Assembly: GCA_951406725.2 (NCBI GenBank)
Contig: OX597825.1
Location: forward strand, 13,702,001-13,766,000
DNA from: Octopus vulgaris
Lineage: Eukaryota
Direction of reading: 5' to 3'
Length of the DNA stretch: 64,000 nucleotides
Both the position numbers and the translations under genes were made by a program. Under the pieces are notes generated by a model. It was not told the origin of the DNA, did no database searches, and saw nothing but the letters and a program-made list of their open reading frames with translations. Shown here piece by piece: positions 1 to 13,288 of this stretch. Within the stretch, counting starts at the first letter, position 1; each line of letters starts with the position of its first letter.

Positions 1-463
<463 letters not shown>

Positions 464-725
464 TCGAGGAGGATAATAGGGGAAATGGCTCTTGACAAAT
501 GCGTGCAATAATTTCTTTTTTTTTCAATGGCTACAAAACAAAATTGTTTCAGCAGAGAAGAAATATTGATTGAGAGAGAAGCTGTATCAGTAGAATAGCA
601 TCAGTTGTGCTGGCAGGAGAGTTAATTCAGCAAAGAATGGAAGAATAATAACCATAACGGCTGTGGGGGGAGGGGGGAGGCTGTGTTTGGCTGGTTTGTG
701 CTTTCGTTGTTGATGGCTGCATTCG

Positions 726-1128
726 GTGATGATGATGGTAGTGGTTGTGGTGGTGGTGATGATGTTGATGATGAAAATGATGATGATGGTGGTGGTGGTG
801 GTGATGATGCTGATGATGAAGATGATGATGTTGGTGGTGATGATGATGCTGATCAGGATGATCATGATGGTGGTGGTGGTGGTTTTGGTGGTGGTGATGA
901 TGATGATGGTGGTGGTGGTACTGGCGATGGTGATGATAATGATGACGATGATGAAGGAGTGTAACAATGATGCAGATGATGACGATGATGATGATGATGG
1001 TGGTGGTGATGACAATGGCGATGATGGTGATGATGGTGATGATGATGCTGATAATAATGACAATGATGATGATGATGATAATGATGGTGATGATGATGAT
1101 GATGATGATGATGATGGGTGGTGATGAT
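726..1128. repeat. Degenerate (GAT/GGT)n low-complexity tract
   Basis: Mixed GAT/GGT/GAC/AAT triplets. Confidence 0.9.
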
Positions 1129-2120
1129 GACAACAACGTCGACAACGATTGTTATTGTTATTGTTATTGTGGTGGCATTTGATTTATAATCACAGCAGTT
1201 GTTCTTACTGTACATGTCATGACAGAAAAAAACCCCAAAACCACGGTTCGGTACGAGGTGGACTTATCCCTAAAATTCAGGATTTATCTGAGAAACACCC
1301 ATCCTTTGCTTGCAGCCGGTTTTGAGAGACCCAAAGCCATGATAAGGCACAAAAATCAATAATAATAATAATTCGATAGAGATGAAGAGTTATGGCCACA
1401 CACACAGAGAATATTCCGTGTTCATTCGATTTTTTAAGCTTGAAATGACTGAAAACTTGGTGAACTACTAAATTATTTACATAAATTAGTTAAAGTGCAT
1501 GGAGATCAGTACGATATATGGGTGATTTGCATATTGTATATGCAAATATTTATAACATTTATATTTACTGAAATGTATTAATATACATATATGCATGCAT
1601 TTATGGCTGGGAAACCTATTTTATATATCTCTTTAAACTCAATTTGTTCAATAGCTAGACAAATACGAAGTAAGCACAAAAAATATAAATGAATAATATA
1701 TGTTAATGATATGCTAATCATATGCTAATTGTATGTTAATTATATGTTAATAGATGTGTATTTCTAGTTTTGAAATGTTTCATTGTAACCACTTTTAAGT
1801 TTGAAGCAATGAAATATAAAACCATCACATTTATCAAGTATCAGTTCAAGTGTAACTAAGCGTAACATTGGATGTTCTGAGTATGTCTTACGTGTGTTTT
1901 ACGTGTGTTTTACTTGTTCTTTTGTCTTTTTTGTATTTGTTTTGCAAGAATCTCAATTCCTTTGAAATCATAAGAAAAACCTAACCCTATACAACATAAA
2001 TAGTTTCTGGTTATCTTCTGGTGTTTGTTAATATAAATGGATGTTGGTCTCTTGATAAGCTGTGTCTTATGGATTTTAACTAAAGGTTACTTGAGGCTTT
2101 AAGTTTACTTTTTGGGGTTT

Positions 2121-2605
2121 CATCATCATTATCATCATCATCATTTAGCGTCCGCTTTCCATGCTAGCATGGGTTGGACGGTTCAACTGGGGTCTCAGAA
2201 GCCAGAAGGCTGCACCAGGCCCAGTCTGATCTGGTAATGTTTCTATGGATGGATGCCCTTCCTAACGCCAACCACTCCATGAGTGTAGTGGGTGCTTTTT
2301 ACGTGCCACCAGCACAGGTGCCAGACGAGGCTGGCAAATGGCCACGGTCGGATGGTGCTATTTACGTGCCACCAGCACGGGGGCCAGGCGAGGCTGGCAA
2401 CGGCCACAATCGGATGGTGGTTTTTACGTGCCACCGGCATGTGGGCCAGGTGAGGCTGGCAACGGCCATGATTGGATGGTGCTTTTTACGTGCCACTGGC
2501 CCGTCGGGGCGGCGCTGACAATGGCCACGTTTGGATGGTTTGCTTACGTGTCACCGGCACTGGTAGCACAGCTACAATTTCCATTGATGTCGAATTTCCA
2601 TTGAT
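2121..2605 (-). mobile_element. 5'-truncated copy of the RTE 3' region (family C) with ~60-bp internal tandem units and (GAT)n tail
   Basis: Reverse complement of the 3' region at 36170-36545 (GTTGGCGTTAGGAAGGGCATCC...CCAACCCATGCTAGCATGGAAA...GATGATGAT). Confidence 0.85.
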
Positions 2606-3096
2606 TTTGTATTTTCTTTCTTCTATCTCTGCTGTAGATACCAGTTGTCTACCGAGAAATAATATATTCTTTGAGTTTCGACATTCAGCATTTTCTGTTT
2701 CCTTGAATGCATTTCGTCCTTATCGCTTCCAGTCATGCTGAATCTCCCTGAGAACTGACACTCCCCCGAACCCCCCAAAATTTTAAGCCTTGTGCCTAGA
2801 ATAGAAAAGAATATATACATTCATCATTTTCTCCACTCTTTTGCTATCCTAAATTCTTCATTTTTGCACCTGAATCACTCTCATTTCTTTTTCATACACC
2901 TTAGTCTTTTATTTAACTCAGACATTTGCTAAATAAGACATTAATTGATCTGACACTGCACACCTTTCGCACTTGTAGTCTTTATCTAGACAAGTTGTAA
3001 GTTTGCTATTCTCACCTGTCAATGATAGTATTTTCTTCTCTCTATTTTGGTAATTTGTTATTCTATAGTTACCATCTCTAATAGACATACTCTCTC

Positions 3097-3497
3097 TCTT
3101 TTACTCTTTTACTAGTTTCAGTCATTTGACTGCAGCCATGCTGGAGCACCGCCTTTAGTCGAGCAATCGACCCCAGGACTTATTCTTTGTAAGCCCAGTA
3201 CTTATTCTATCGGTCTCTTTTGCCGAACCGTTAAGTAACGGGGACATAAACACACCAGCATCGGTTGTCACGCAATGCTAGAGGGACAATCACAGATGCA
3301 CAAACATATACACACACATATATATACATATATACGACGGGCTTCTTTCAGTTTCCGTCTACCAAATCCACTCACAAGGCTTTGTTTGGCCTGAGGCTAC
3401 AGTAGAAAACACATGCCCAAGGTGCTACACAGTGGAACTGAACCCGGAACCATGTGGTTGGTAAACAAGCTACTTACCACACAGCCACTCCTGCACC
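3097..3497 (-). mobile_element. tRNA-derived SINE family A, full length
   Basis: A-box-like TGGCTGTGTGG and B-box-like GGTTCAGTTCC, central (TA/TG)n, AGTAAAAG tail; about 20 copies in the window. Confidence 0.9.
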
Positions 3498-3771
3498 TAT
3501 GTTCACTTCTAAATGGAAATTACTGGAAATCTTCATGTGATTAAAATACAAGACCTTCAGAAAATGGCTAATAGTGACATTGAGTTGGATACTGTCCACA
3601 TTGTCATTGTCATCATTGCCGTTCTTGTTGCTGTTGTCGTCCTTGTCAACATAATCATTGCTGGAATCATCGTCGTCATCATCATCACTGCCTTTGCTAT
3701 CATCTTTAATATCATTGTAATCATCGTCGTCACCATCGTTATTTTCATCATCATCATCATCGTCGTCGTCG

Positions 3772-3805
<34 letters not shown>

Positions 3806-3838
3806 CATCATCATTGTCATATATATATATATATATAT

Positions 3839-4031
3839 AGTTAATCCAAACAAGAAAGCACAAAAAAACACAACAATGCGAGGATGTGGAACAAATATAG
3901 TATTATTGGATGCTCAGGAAAGAAGGAGGGTTTAACGTTTCAAGTGGAGCTCTTCGTCGGAAACATAGGAGAAGGAAAGATCCAGAGAAGGGAAGACAGA
4001 GGAAAAAAAATCGCCAACGGTACACACGAGG

Positions 4032-4032
<1 letters not shown>
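3839..4032 (-). mobile_element. Short hammerhead-bearing Penelope-like non-autonomous element (family P2) within (TA)n
   Basis: Homologous to 50589-50808 and 34741-34836; flanked by TA repeats; carries a hammerhead motif. Confidence 0.65.
3930..3964 (-). ncRNA. Minimal type I hammerhead ribozyme motif, degraded stem II
   Basis: Minus strand GTTT-CCGACGA-AGAGC-TCC-ACTT-GAAA-CG-TT-AAAC. Confidence 0.5.
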
Positions 4033-4077
<45 letters not shown>

Positions 4078-4084
4078 GTATATA

Positions 4085-4245
4085 TGACAGCCTTTTTGTA
4101 GTTTTCGTCTACCAAATCCACTCACAAGGCTTTGTTCGGCTTGAGGCTATAGCAGAAAACACTCGCCCAAGGTACCACACAGTGGGATTGAACCCAGAAC
4201 CTTGTGGTTGGTAAGCAAGCTTCTTACCACACAGCCACTCCTGCA
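4085..4245 (-). mobile_element. SINE family A, 5' half
   Basis: tRNA-like head matching other family A copies. Confidence 0.8.
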
Positions 4246-4686
4246 CATATATATATATATATATTCACATTCATTTCTTGGGTTGATGGAGACATCACAT
4301 AAGCAATGAAAGCTCAGTCTTTTTTTACTTTTACCCTGGGGCACTTTAATGAGACAAACTGCAAGTTTTCTGCCATTTCGTATCCATTTATCAAACCTCA
4401 TTGACATGTTTATCAACACATAAGTGCACATCGTTAATTATAGGCCATTTATTTTCTGCTCTTATCCATTCATTCACACGACGAACTCTGAAGTTTTTAG
4501 AAAATTTTTCTTTGCCAAATAAGCAGTATTGGAAAGTATTTGTGTACTAAATACAAAGTAATATATTTATTTGCACCATTCAAAGACTTCAACTTAATTC
4601 CAGCCTGTCACAACTATAATGTTCCAAGCAATTTCAATGGCATTCTTTGCTTTAAGAAAATTCATTAAAATGTCAGTCCTGTTAGA

Positions 4687-4687
4687 A

Positions 4688-4758
<71 letters not shown>

Positions 4759-4759
4759 T
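4687..4759. repeat. (AAT)n microsatellite
   Basis: Perfect AAT triplets. Confidence 0.95.
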
Positions 4760-5384
4760 AAGCAGAAAATAAAGGGGAAAATCCGATGCAAAAAGTAACT
4801 GATGATGGTATACAAACGTGTTATAGCTGTCAATGGAGTGGAATTAAATAAATAGATAAATTGTGAATTGGTATTTTAATTTCGGAAAATTCATTTGGAT
4901 CGAAATAGGAATTTTATTATTGCACTTCTCGTAAAAATGTATTTAAGGATGTGTCAGGTTTTTTTTTTTGGGTGGTGTCGTCTAATTTTTGTTTTTTTGG
5001 AGGTATATTTTTAGATTTTAATGCATTCAAGATGGCTTCGGGGGAAATCCTAATTAGAAAAGTGTTTGTGTGTGTACGTGTAAAGGAGAGAGGGCAAAAG
5101 AATGTGTCTATGTATTCAATGTAAAAACTTAGTGAAGGTAACATATGTTTTTATATATATGTGGTTTTATCTGGTGCCACATAAAAATCACTGGTGCTGG
5201 TGCCGTGTAAAAAGCATTCTTAATAGTTTTGCCAAAAGAAGCACCGGTGATGGTGCCATATAAAAAGTACCCAACACACTCTGTAAAGTAGTTGGCTTTA
5301 GGAAGGACATCCACCGGTTGAAACCATGCCAAAAGAGATTATGGAACCCGGTGCAGCTCCTGACCTTGCCAGATCCTGTCAAAC

Positions 5385-5618
5385 CTATTTCTTTACTACC
5401 CACAAGGGGCTAAACACAGAGAGGACAAACAAGGACAAACAAACGGATTAAGTCAATTATATCGACCCAAGTGCCTAACAGGTATTTATTTAATCGACCC
5501 CGAAAGGATGAAAGGCAAAGTCAACCTCAGCAGAATTTGAACTCAGAACATAACGGCAGATGAAATATGGCTACGCATTTCGCCCAGCATACTCATGTTT
5601 CTGCCAGCTTGCCACCTT
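5385..5618 (-). mobile_element. SINE family B (Meta/MESC-domain-like) inserted into an old family C copy
   Basis: Core GCCTTTCATCCTTTCGGGGTCGAT; 15-bp TSD CAGATCCT(G/T)TCAAAC at 5370-5384 and 5619-5633. Confidence 0.85.
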
Positions 5619-6570
5619 CAGATCCTTTCAAACCATCTCGCTCATGCAAGTATGGAAAACGGATGTTAGATGATGAAAATGATGATATATATTATTATTA
5701 TTATCTGGGCAGGGTTTTTTTACTCTCAAATATATCAACTCTATTATAATGTATATGGATGGTTCTATAAGTAAGCAACTCTATGTATTTAAATATTTAA
5801 GTGCCTTCCATAATAACCATAAACTTTATTTAAATTGAATAATTTAGCCAAAGCATGATTTCATCCATGCTCAGCAAATTCTTGGTGCTAAAAAAACAGT
5901 CAGCAAATCTTGTGAAACACATATTGTTTAGTTTTGTGCCCTCTACTGTTAAAATGGCTATTTTTGTGCCCCAGTATGGCCACAACCTGTGAGCTGAAAC
6001 TAGATAAAATAGAAAAAAAAATCATGTTCCTAGGATTTTCCTTATGTGTGGGCTACTTTGGAGTACATTACCCAATGTGTCCTTTTCCACATTTGTGTGA
6101 AATTCACCTGGTGTTTCTAGCTCGGTTTTTGACCACCTACAAGACTCCGGTCTTGGCTTGCTCTGCTACATTTGCCATGTTGTGGTTTAAGAGATTCAGA
6201 ATTAGTGAATAAATCAGTTACCTTTAAATGTCTATCAGGAAGAAAAAGAAAAAGAGATAAAAACTGATGACTGAAATGGTGCCAAATCACCAATTATGAT
6301 ATTCTATCCGGAAATAAGCCAATAGACATTCTTGTGTAATCAAAATCACTCCAGAAGATAAATATAACTCTCACAAAAGAAGGAAAAACTCAGTGATCAA
6401 GTGACCACTCAACTACGACTGAAACTAAATCAGACATGAGGAATAATGGCATTCTAGCCATAGTTCTGTGAGTAAATAAATAAGTCTGGGAGTTCTAGGT
6501 TTGAAATAATGATATTATTGACATTATTTACAATTAACGAAGGATATTTGTCCTCATCTTCTTTGTTGTT

Positions 6571-6616
6571 AACACAACATTTCGGCTGATATACCTTCCA
6601 GCCTTCATCAGGTGTC
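6571..6616 (-). ncRNA. Minimal type I hammerhead ribozyme motif
   Basis: Minus strand GACAC-CTGATGA-AGGCTG-loop-CAGCC-GAAA-TG-TT-GTGTT. Confidence 0.65.
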
Positions 6617-6624
6617 TTGGGGAA

Positions 6625-6659
<35 letters not shown>

Positions 6660-6888
6660 TCACTGCCTGGAATCGAACTCGGAATCTTGGGGTTAGTTGC
6701 CTGTGCTCTTAACCACTACGCCATATGCCTACAGTGGTTAAGTGCGCGGGCTACTAATCCCAAGATTCCGAGTTTGATTTCAGGCAGTGACCTAAATAAT
6801 AATAATAACAATAATAATAATAATCATAATAATAATAACATTGAAAAATACCTTAGGAATGAGAACCCAGGTTCGAAATTTCCCCCGA

Positions 6889-6934
6889 GGCACCTGATGA
6901 AGGCTGGAGGTTATATCAGCTGAAACGTTGTGTT
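6889..6934 (+). ncRNA. Minimal type I hammerhead ribozyme motif with palindromic ACGT stem III
   Basis: GGCAC-CTGATGA-AGGCTG-loop-CAGCT-GAAA-CG-TT-GTGTT; predicted cleavage after GUU at 6929. Confidence 0.7.
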
Positions 6935-7981
6935 AACAACAAACAAGAGGAGGACAAATATCCATCAAATGTAAATAACATAAATAATGTAAAAAAATGT
7001 ACATAATTCCTCATCTCTTAAATATGGAACTGTATTGAAATAATGATGTTGGAATAGAAACAACTGTGGCATTTATTATACACTTTGTTCTACCTTTCTT
7101 GTTTACACATATGAAGAATATTCTGGAATATTTTTCATATCTTCAACAAGTTTCTTTATTCGATTTGACATTTTATTTGATTTTTGTCTTAATTTTTAGC
7201 ATGGCTGGGTGGTGACCTGAGCTGTTGTTTTCTAATGGTTTTTGAGAGAGACACAACTGTACCCTACCCCACTCAATAATTAAATATGTAGAAGCCTAGA
7301 AATAATAGTCAAACCCCTATGAAATGTCTTAAAAATAGAAGGATTCATTACAAAATGCTGTAAAATTAAGCAACGTTGAATAATTGTATTTTATTAATTT
7401 ACTAAATCTGTTAATTATTTCTATTAATTGGCACCTTTACTAATTTAATTTAATGGTTCTTTCTAGGGTTTCTCTTATTTTTTTTTTTGGTTGTTGTCTG
7501 TTTTCTTTTTATCATCAAATCATTCTCTCTGCTGTTCTTATCTTTGGCATGCTGTCCAAGTTTGGTTAGTTTAATTTCTGGCATTATTTCTCTGTCTCCA
7601 CTGTTCTGTTTCATTGGCTGTTTTTGACTTCTTTCTTTGGGAGTTTATAGAAAGTTTCCAAGACCAGAAACTTCTCTTTATAATAAAACTATAAAAAAGT
7701 TTTTAATTTTCTTATCTGATTTTCAAATTTTAAATTCTGCCTTAATTTTCCTTAATGTAACAAGGTCTTGAGTAGACACATACACATAATTACATGCGTA
7801 ATACACATACAACTGTCTTATGTTATCAAAGAAGATACAGAATGGGAAATTTTAAAAATTATTTAACATAAATTGATTGCCTGTAATTTTACAGGATTAA
7901 ACTGAAACAAACTTTACAAAAACCAAATTTTTTTTTATATATTAAGGCAATAGAATTTTTTATGAAACAATATTGTAAATC

Positions 7982-8279
7982 ATGACGATGATGATGATGT
8001 GACAGTGATGATGATGATGATGACGACAACGATGATGACGACAACTACGATGATGATGATGGTGATGATAATGAAAATGATGATGATGACGATGGTGATA
8101 ATGAGGAAAATGATGATGATGATGATGATGATGTGATGATGATGATGATAGCAATGATGATGACAATGACAAGTATGATGATGATGATGATGGCAATGAT
8201 GACGATGATGATAATGATCGTGAGGATGATGACGATGATGACGGTGATGATGACGATGATGATGGTGGTGATGATGATG
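7982..8279. repeat. Degenerate (GAT)n tract
   Basis: GAT/GAC/AAT triplets. Confidence 0.9.
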
Positions 8280-9019
8280 TTTCACTCAAAGCCACAGATT
8301 TCAGGAAATGAGTATTATCAACTGAGTACACCTCGGTATCTGACTAGTACTGATGCTATAAAAACTCCGCAACGACACAAGACCGATGAATCAACCCCAG
8401 ACAAGATACATAAAAGTCAGAATGCAAAACTATACCAGTTTTACTATTCCAACACTCTTGCTGACAATGATGATGATTTTGATGATGATGATGATGATGA
8501 TGACGACGACGATGATACAAAAAACAAAAAAAAAAGAACAAACGGAACGAAATAAACAAAACAAAATTTAACGAGAATAAAACAATAAAACAAAAGATAC
8601 ACACGAACATCCTTTTAAGTTGATGTATACGAAATCAAAAATGTTAACATATAAATAAATAAGGGGAATGCATTAGGAACATTTTGATAACGGCATCGCA
8701 AGGCCCTGAAATAGAAATTTAATATTTGGTATTTCATATTTTTCAATGGAATAATTTAGTATTTCTAGAAATGAAAAGCACTATAGGATATTTACCAATA
8801 TTATATTTACATTTTATTTTTTTTTTATCATTGTGTGTTTGTTTTCCTTTCAGTTATTTATTAAATGGAATTGCCCAGTTTGTTTGTTTATTTTTGTTTT
8901 TTGTTTTTTTGTTTTTTTTTGTTTGTTTCCGATTTGTATATAAATTCATATGATTATGTAAATTTGGATAGGCACTCATAGATAATCCCACAAAGACATG
9001 TGTAATGTAGGTAAGGAAC

Positions 9020-9049
9020 AAACATATATTCATGTGTACTTATACATAC

Positions 9050-9098
<49 letters not shown>

Positions 9099-9315
9099 TA
9101 TAGATATATATATGTACGTATGTATATGTATATCAGCATGTCTGTGTATCTACACATACATATATATATATATGTGTGTATGTATCTTTATGCATTATAT
9201 ATTTATTATATATACAAACACATACATATTTACACACACACATGTACATCCACAGACATTCACATACACACATACATATCTATTATCAACTTGTGCCTCT
9301 CTTTCTCTCTCTCCC

Positions 9316-9346
<31 letters not shown>

Positions 9347-9624
9347 TATGCATATACATATATACACACATACACTTATGAGATGTATAATATATACCAA
9401 CTTAAATACATGCATATATATATATATTTATATACATATATTTATATATTCACATACATATACATATATATCTATATTTATATTTATGTTTACATATATA
9501 ATTATATAGACATACATATGTATGTATCTATATCTTTATCTATATCTATATATGTGTTTGTATGTGTATGTTTCTATATGCATACCAATCTACATAAACA
9601 TATATGGGTGGGTGTGTTTGTATG

Positions 9625-9695
<71 letters not shown>

Positions 9696-9790
9696 TTATA
9701 CACAGATACATAAATATATATATGCATAGATAGGTATCTCCATATGCATGCATATACCCACACACACACACACATATATATGTTAATCAA
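9020..9790. repeat. Compound (TA)n/(TACA)n low-complexity region
   Basis: Alternating purine-pyrimidine repeats. Confidence 0.9.
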
Positions 9791-10369
9791 TATATATTCA
9801 TGCGTATGTATTTGTATACATGAGTATGTTTTCAGTTACATACATATGCAGACATACATAAGCATATATGAAAATATATCTATATAGAAAGTTGCATACT
9901 TTCAACATTATCGATTTGCATGAGTGCATATATGTGCATGCGTGTTTATTCCTGTATTGGGGTTTGCATAATTTCTCTTATATATTTAATCATGTAATGA
10001 GTTGAGTGGGGTGTTTGTGTTCATAAAACCTCACTGTGAAAACATGCATTTATGCAAATGTATACATATGTTTAGGTTTTCTGGAGATGAAAGACATGAA
10101 TATGATAACTTTGCATTTATTCTGCTTTCTAAAAATTAGGATTCATACATACACAAAAAAACATATAAACACTCATACAGAGACACACGCAGACACACAC
10201 AGACACACACACATGCAGTGAATGAGAGGAGCATCTTTACCAATCTGTCTGCTAATGAAGAATTCTGCCTGAATTGCTAGTCTCCTTTATCTGCTGGCAT
10301 CTCGACATGAAACCTCTTCATCCATTATAATTACATCCATGCGTATATAAACATGTAGTTGTGTGTGTG

Positions 10370-10426
<57 letters not shown>

Positions 10427-10445
10427 ATGTGTATTTTGATATAGA

Positions 10446-10790
10446 TCATCATCATCAGCATCATCATCATCATCATCATCATCGTTTAATGTCCGTTTTT
10501 CATGCTAGCATGGGTTGGACGGTTTGACCGGGGTCTGGGAAGCCAGGAGGCTGCACCGGCCTCCAGTCTGATCTGGCAGTGTTTTTCGCAGCTGGATGCC
10601 CTTCCTAACGCCAACCACTCCATGAATGTAATGGGTGTTTTTTATGTACCACCGGCACAGGGGCCAGAGGAGGTTGGCAACAGCCATGATTGGTTGGTGC
10701 TTTTCACCTGCCACCGGCATGGAAGCCAGTCAAGGCGGTGCTGGCATCGGTCACGTTTGGATGGTGCTTTTTCTGTGCCATCCGCCACAG
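10446..10790 (-). mobile_element. Family C (RTE 3' region) copy
   Basis: (CAT)n tail followed by reverse-complement RTE 3' sequence. Confidence 0.85.
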
Positions 10791-10913
10791 TTTCGTGTGT
10801 GTATATATGTGTACATACACACACATGCACACATACTTTGTGAAACACACAAACACATACATACATTTACACACATGTGCACATGTTTATATATACATGC
10901 ATACACACACGCG

Positions 10914-10945
<32 letters not shown>

Positions 10946-11156
10946 AGAGAACAAAGTGTACGTATGCTGCTATATAGATCATCATCATCATCATCATCAT
11001 TTAGCGTCCGTTTTCCATGCTAGCATGGGTTGGACGGTTCTGCTGGGGTCTGTGAAGCCAGAAGGCTTCATCAGGCCCAGTCAAAGTTCGAAGGTCGTGC
11101 TTCACCACCTCGTCCCAGGTTTTCCTGGGTCTGCCTCTTCCACAGGTTCCATATAT

Positions 11157-11318
11157 ATAAAATTCAAAATCGGACTAGAACGCAAAACATCCGGACAACC
11201 AATCCAGATAGATGATACAAAAAAACAAGGACGTGTCATTCGAAGCTTCCTATCCTCAGTCAAGAACCAGATCATCCTCGCAATTTCCGCTGATTAATCT
11301 TGAGATTGTTCCAATCCG

Positions 11319-11321
<3 letters not shown>
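11157..11321. mobile_element. Short (TA)n-embedded repeat (family P3), possibly Penelope-derived
   Basis: Shares GAACGCAAAACAT...GATACAAAAAA...CATTCGAAGC...TCAGTCAAGAACC with 44236-44335. Confidence 0.5.
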
Positions 11322-11391
<70 letters not shown>

Positions 11392-11430
11392 TTAGATATA
11401 CATACATATATATGTGTGTGTGTATATATG

Positions 11431-11462
<32 letters not shown>

Positions 11463-11526
11463 TACACACACACACACACATATATATATACATATATGTA
11501 TGTGTATATATATATATATATATATA

Positions 11527-11565
<39 letters not shown>

Positions 11566-12592
11566 GAGGAGGTGTATATGTATGTAGCATTCATACACAC
11601 AGATACATACTTATAATGCACACACACACACACATATTCAAATTTCTTTCCCTCACGCCCGACTCTGTAGGTCCGTGTATGTGCCTCTTAATGTATATCA
11701 AATATATATCTACGTTGCTGAGATGCTGCTTGTATCAATTACTATTTACTATGGTACTTAAACTACGTTCTCTCTCTCACTCTCTTACACACACACACAT
11801 ACACACACACACACTCATTCGCTTCTTCTCATTCTTACGTAAGAGCATGTTTACATGAAAACAACAAGATGACCTTAATAAATACTATATTTCTGCGTAT
11901 CTATTTTCGTTCCCTCTTTCTCTATTTGACTCTCTATCTTTCTTTCTCTCTTTTCTTCTGTTCACTGCAGTTATACATTTTCTACTAACAAGCTTCAGAA
12001 ATAACTAAAAAAAAGACACAAAAACAAAAGAAAAATAAATGATGATGCCAGATAATTCAAAGATGGTTAGAATAGTTTAAAGATGGTTAAAAATGGAAAA
12101 AATGTCATTTTCCCCATTTTTTAACTGTACTTAATGATTATTTTCAGTGCATTTAAGTATAATATATATATATACTTGCTACCATTATTGATGGCATGGG
12201 TATACTAGTATATACTCAGACAAGTGTCTTCTATTATAGCTCTGGGCTAATTAAAACTTGTGGGTATACTTGGTAGTTGGAAACTGAAATAAGCCTGCTA
12301 CATGTGTACATGTATGTGCATGTGTGTGCGTGTGCGTGTGTGTGTGCGCATTTGCTCTTGTCTGGACATCATATGATGATTGTAAGTGAGCATGATGATG
12401 ATGATCATCATCATCATAATCATCACCACCCCCACCACCATCATCATCTTCATCATCATCATATAAACGAGGTTGTTTGTTTCCAGTCCTCTGTGAAAAA
12501 AAAAACATATCAAGCTATGGATAAATATTATCTTGCTTGGAAACAGGTGAGGGTTAGCAACAGGAAGGGTTTCCCAGCCATAGAAAATCTGC

Positions 12593-13035
12593 AAGCTGGC
12601 AGAAACGTTAGCACGCCGGGCGAAATGCTTTGCAGTATTTTGTCTGCCGTTACATTCTGAGTTGAAATTCCACCAAGGTCGACTTTGCTATTCATCCTTT
12701 CAGGGTAGAAAAATCAAGTACCAGTTGCATACTGGGGTCGATGTAATCGACTTAATCCATTTGTCTGTCCTTGTTTGTCCCCTCTTTGTTTAACCCCTTG
12801 TGGGCAGTAAAGAAATCAGAAATATTAGCACGCCTGGGCGAAATGCTTAGCGGTATTTCGTCTGTCTTTACATTCTGAGTTCAAATTCCACCAAGGTCGA
12901 CTTTGCTATTCATCCTTTCGGGGTAGAAAAATTAAGTACCAGTTGCATACTGGGGTCGATGTAATCAACTTAATCCATTTGTCTGTCCTTGTTTGTCCCC
13001 TCTATGTTTAGCCCCTTGTGGGCAATAAAGAGATA
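12593..13035 (+). mobile_element. Dimeric SINE family B inside an older GGAAGGG-motif SINE
   Basis: Two ~220-bp units; 11-bp TSD AGAAAATCTGC at 12582-12592 and 13036-13046. Confidence 0.85.
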
Positions 13036-13106
13036 AGAAAATCTGCCTTCACCAAATTTCATTTGACCCATGCAAACATGGGAAAAGAGGGACATTAACT
13101 CACACA

Positions 13107-13288
13107 TACAAGGAGGTACTGAAAATTTCCTGACTTAGTTATGATCTTATTCAAAATATCCTCCTCTCAGCTTCACACATGTATTGTAGCAGTCCTTCAG
13201 TTTTTCTAAACCCTTTAAAAAAACTCAGAAGGTTGGGCCTTCATCCAGGCCTTTTGTGATACCCTTATAGCCAGGGACTTTTCGGTAT
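13107..13288. mobile_element. Degraded mariner-like MITE
   Basis: TACAAGGAGGTACTGAAAATTTCCTGACT at the left, partial complement AGCCAGGGACTTTTCGGTA at the right. Confidence 0.4.

Larger units (their letters stand above)
6517..7034. mobile_element. Fold-back element (family P1): inverted pair of [tRNA-like head-(AAT)n-hammerhead]
   Basis: 6517-6627 is the inverted copy of ~6877-6990; tRNA-like heads 6655-6729(-) and 6733-6794(+); 16-bp TSD TTGAAATAATGAT(A/G)TT at 6501-6516 and 7035-7050. Confidence 0.8.

Noticed and set aside
6655-6729. Functional tRNA gene
   Set aside because: Acceptor and anticodon stems pair poorly, no poly-T terminator, and it is embedded in a repeat; treated as a SINE head.
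8998-11858. Many YI/HT/CV-repeat ORFs
   Set aside because: Dinucleotide microsatellite translations.
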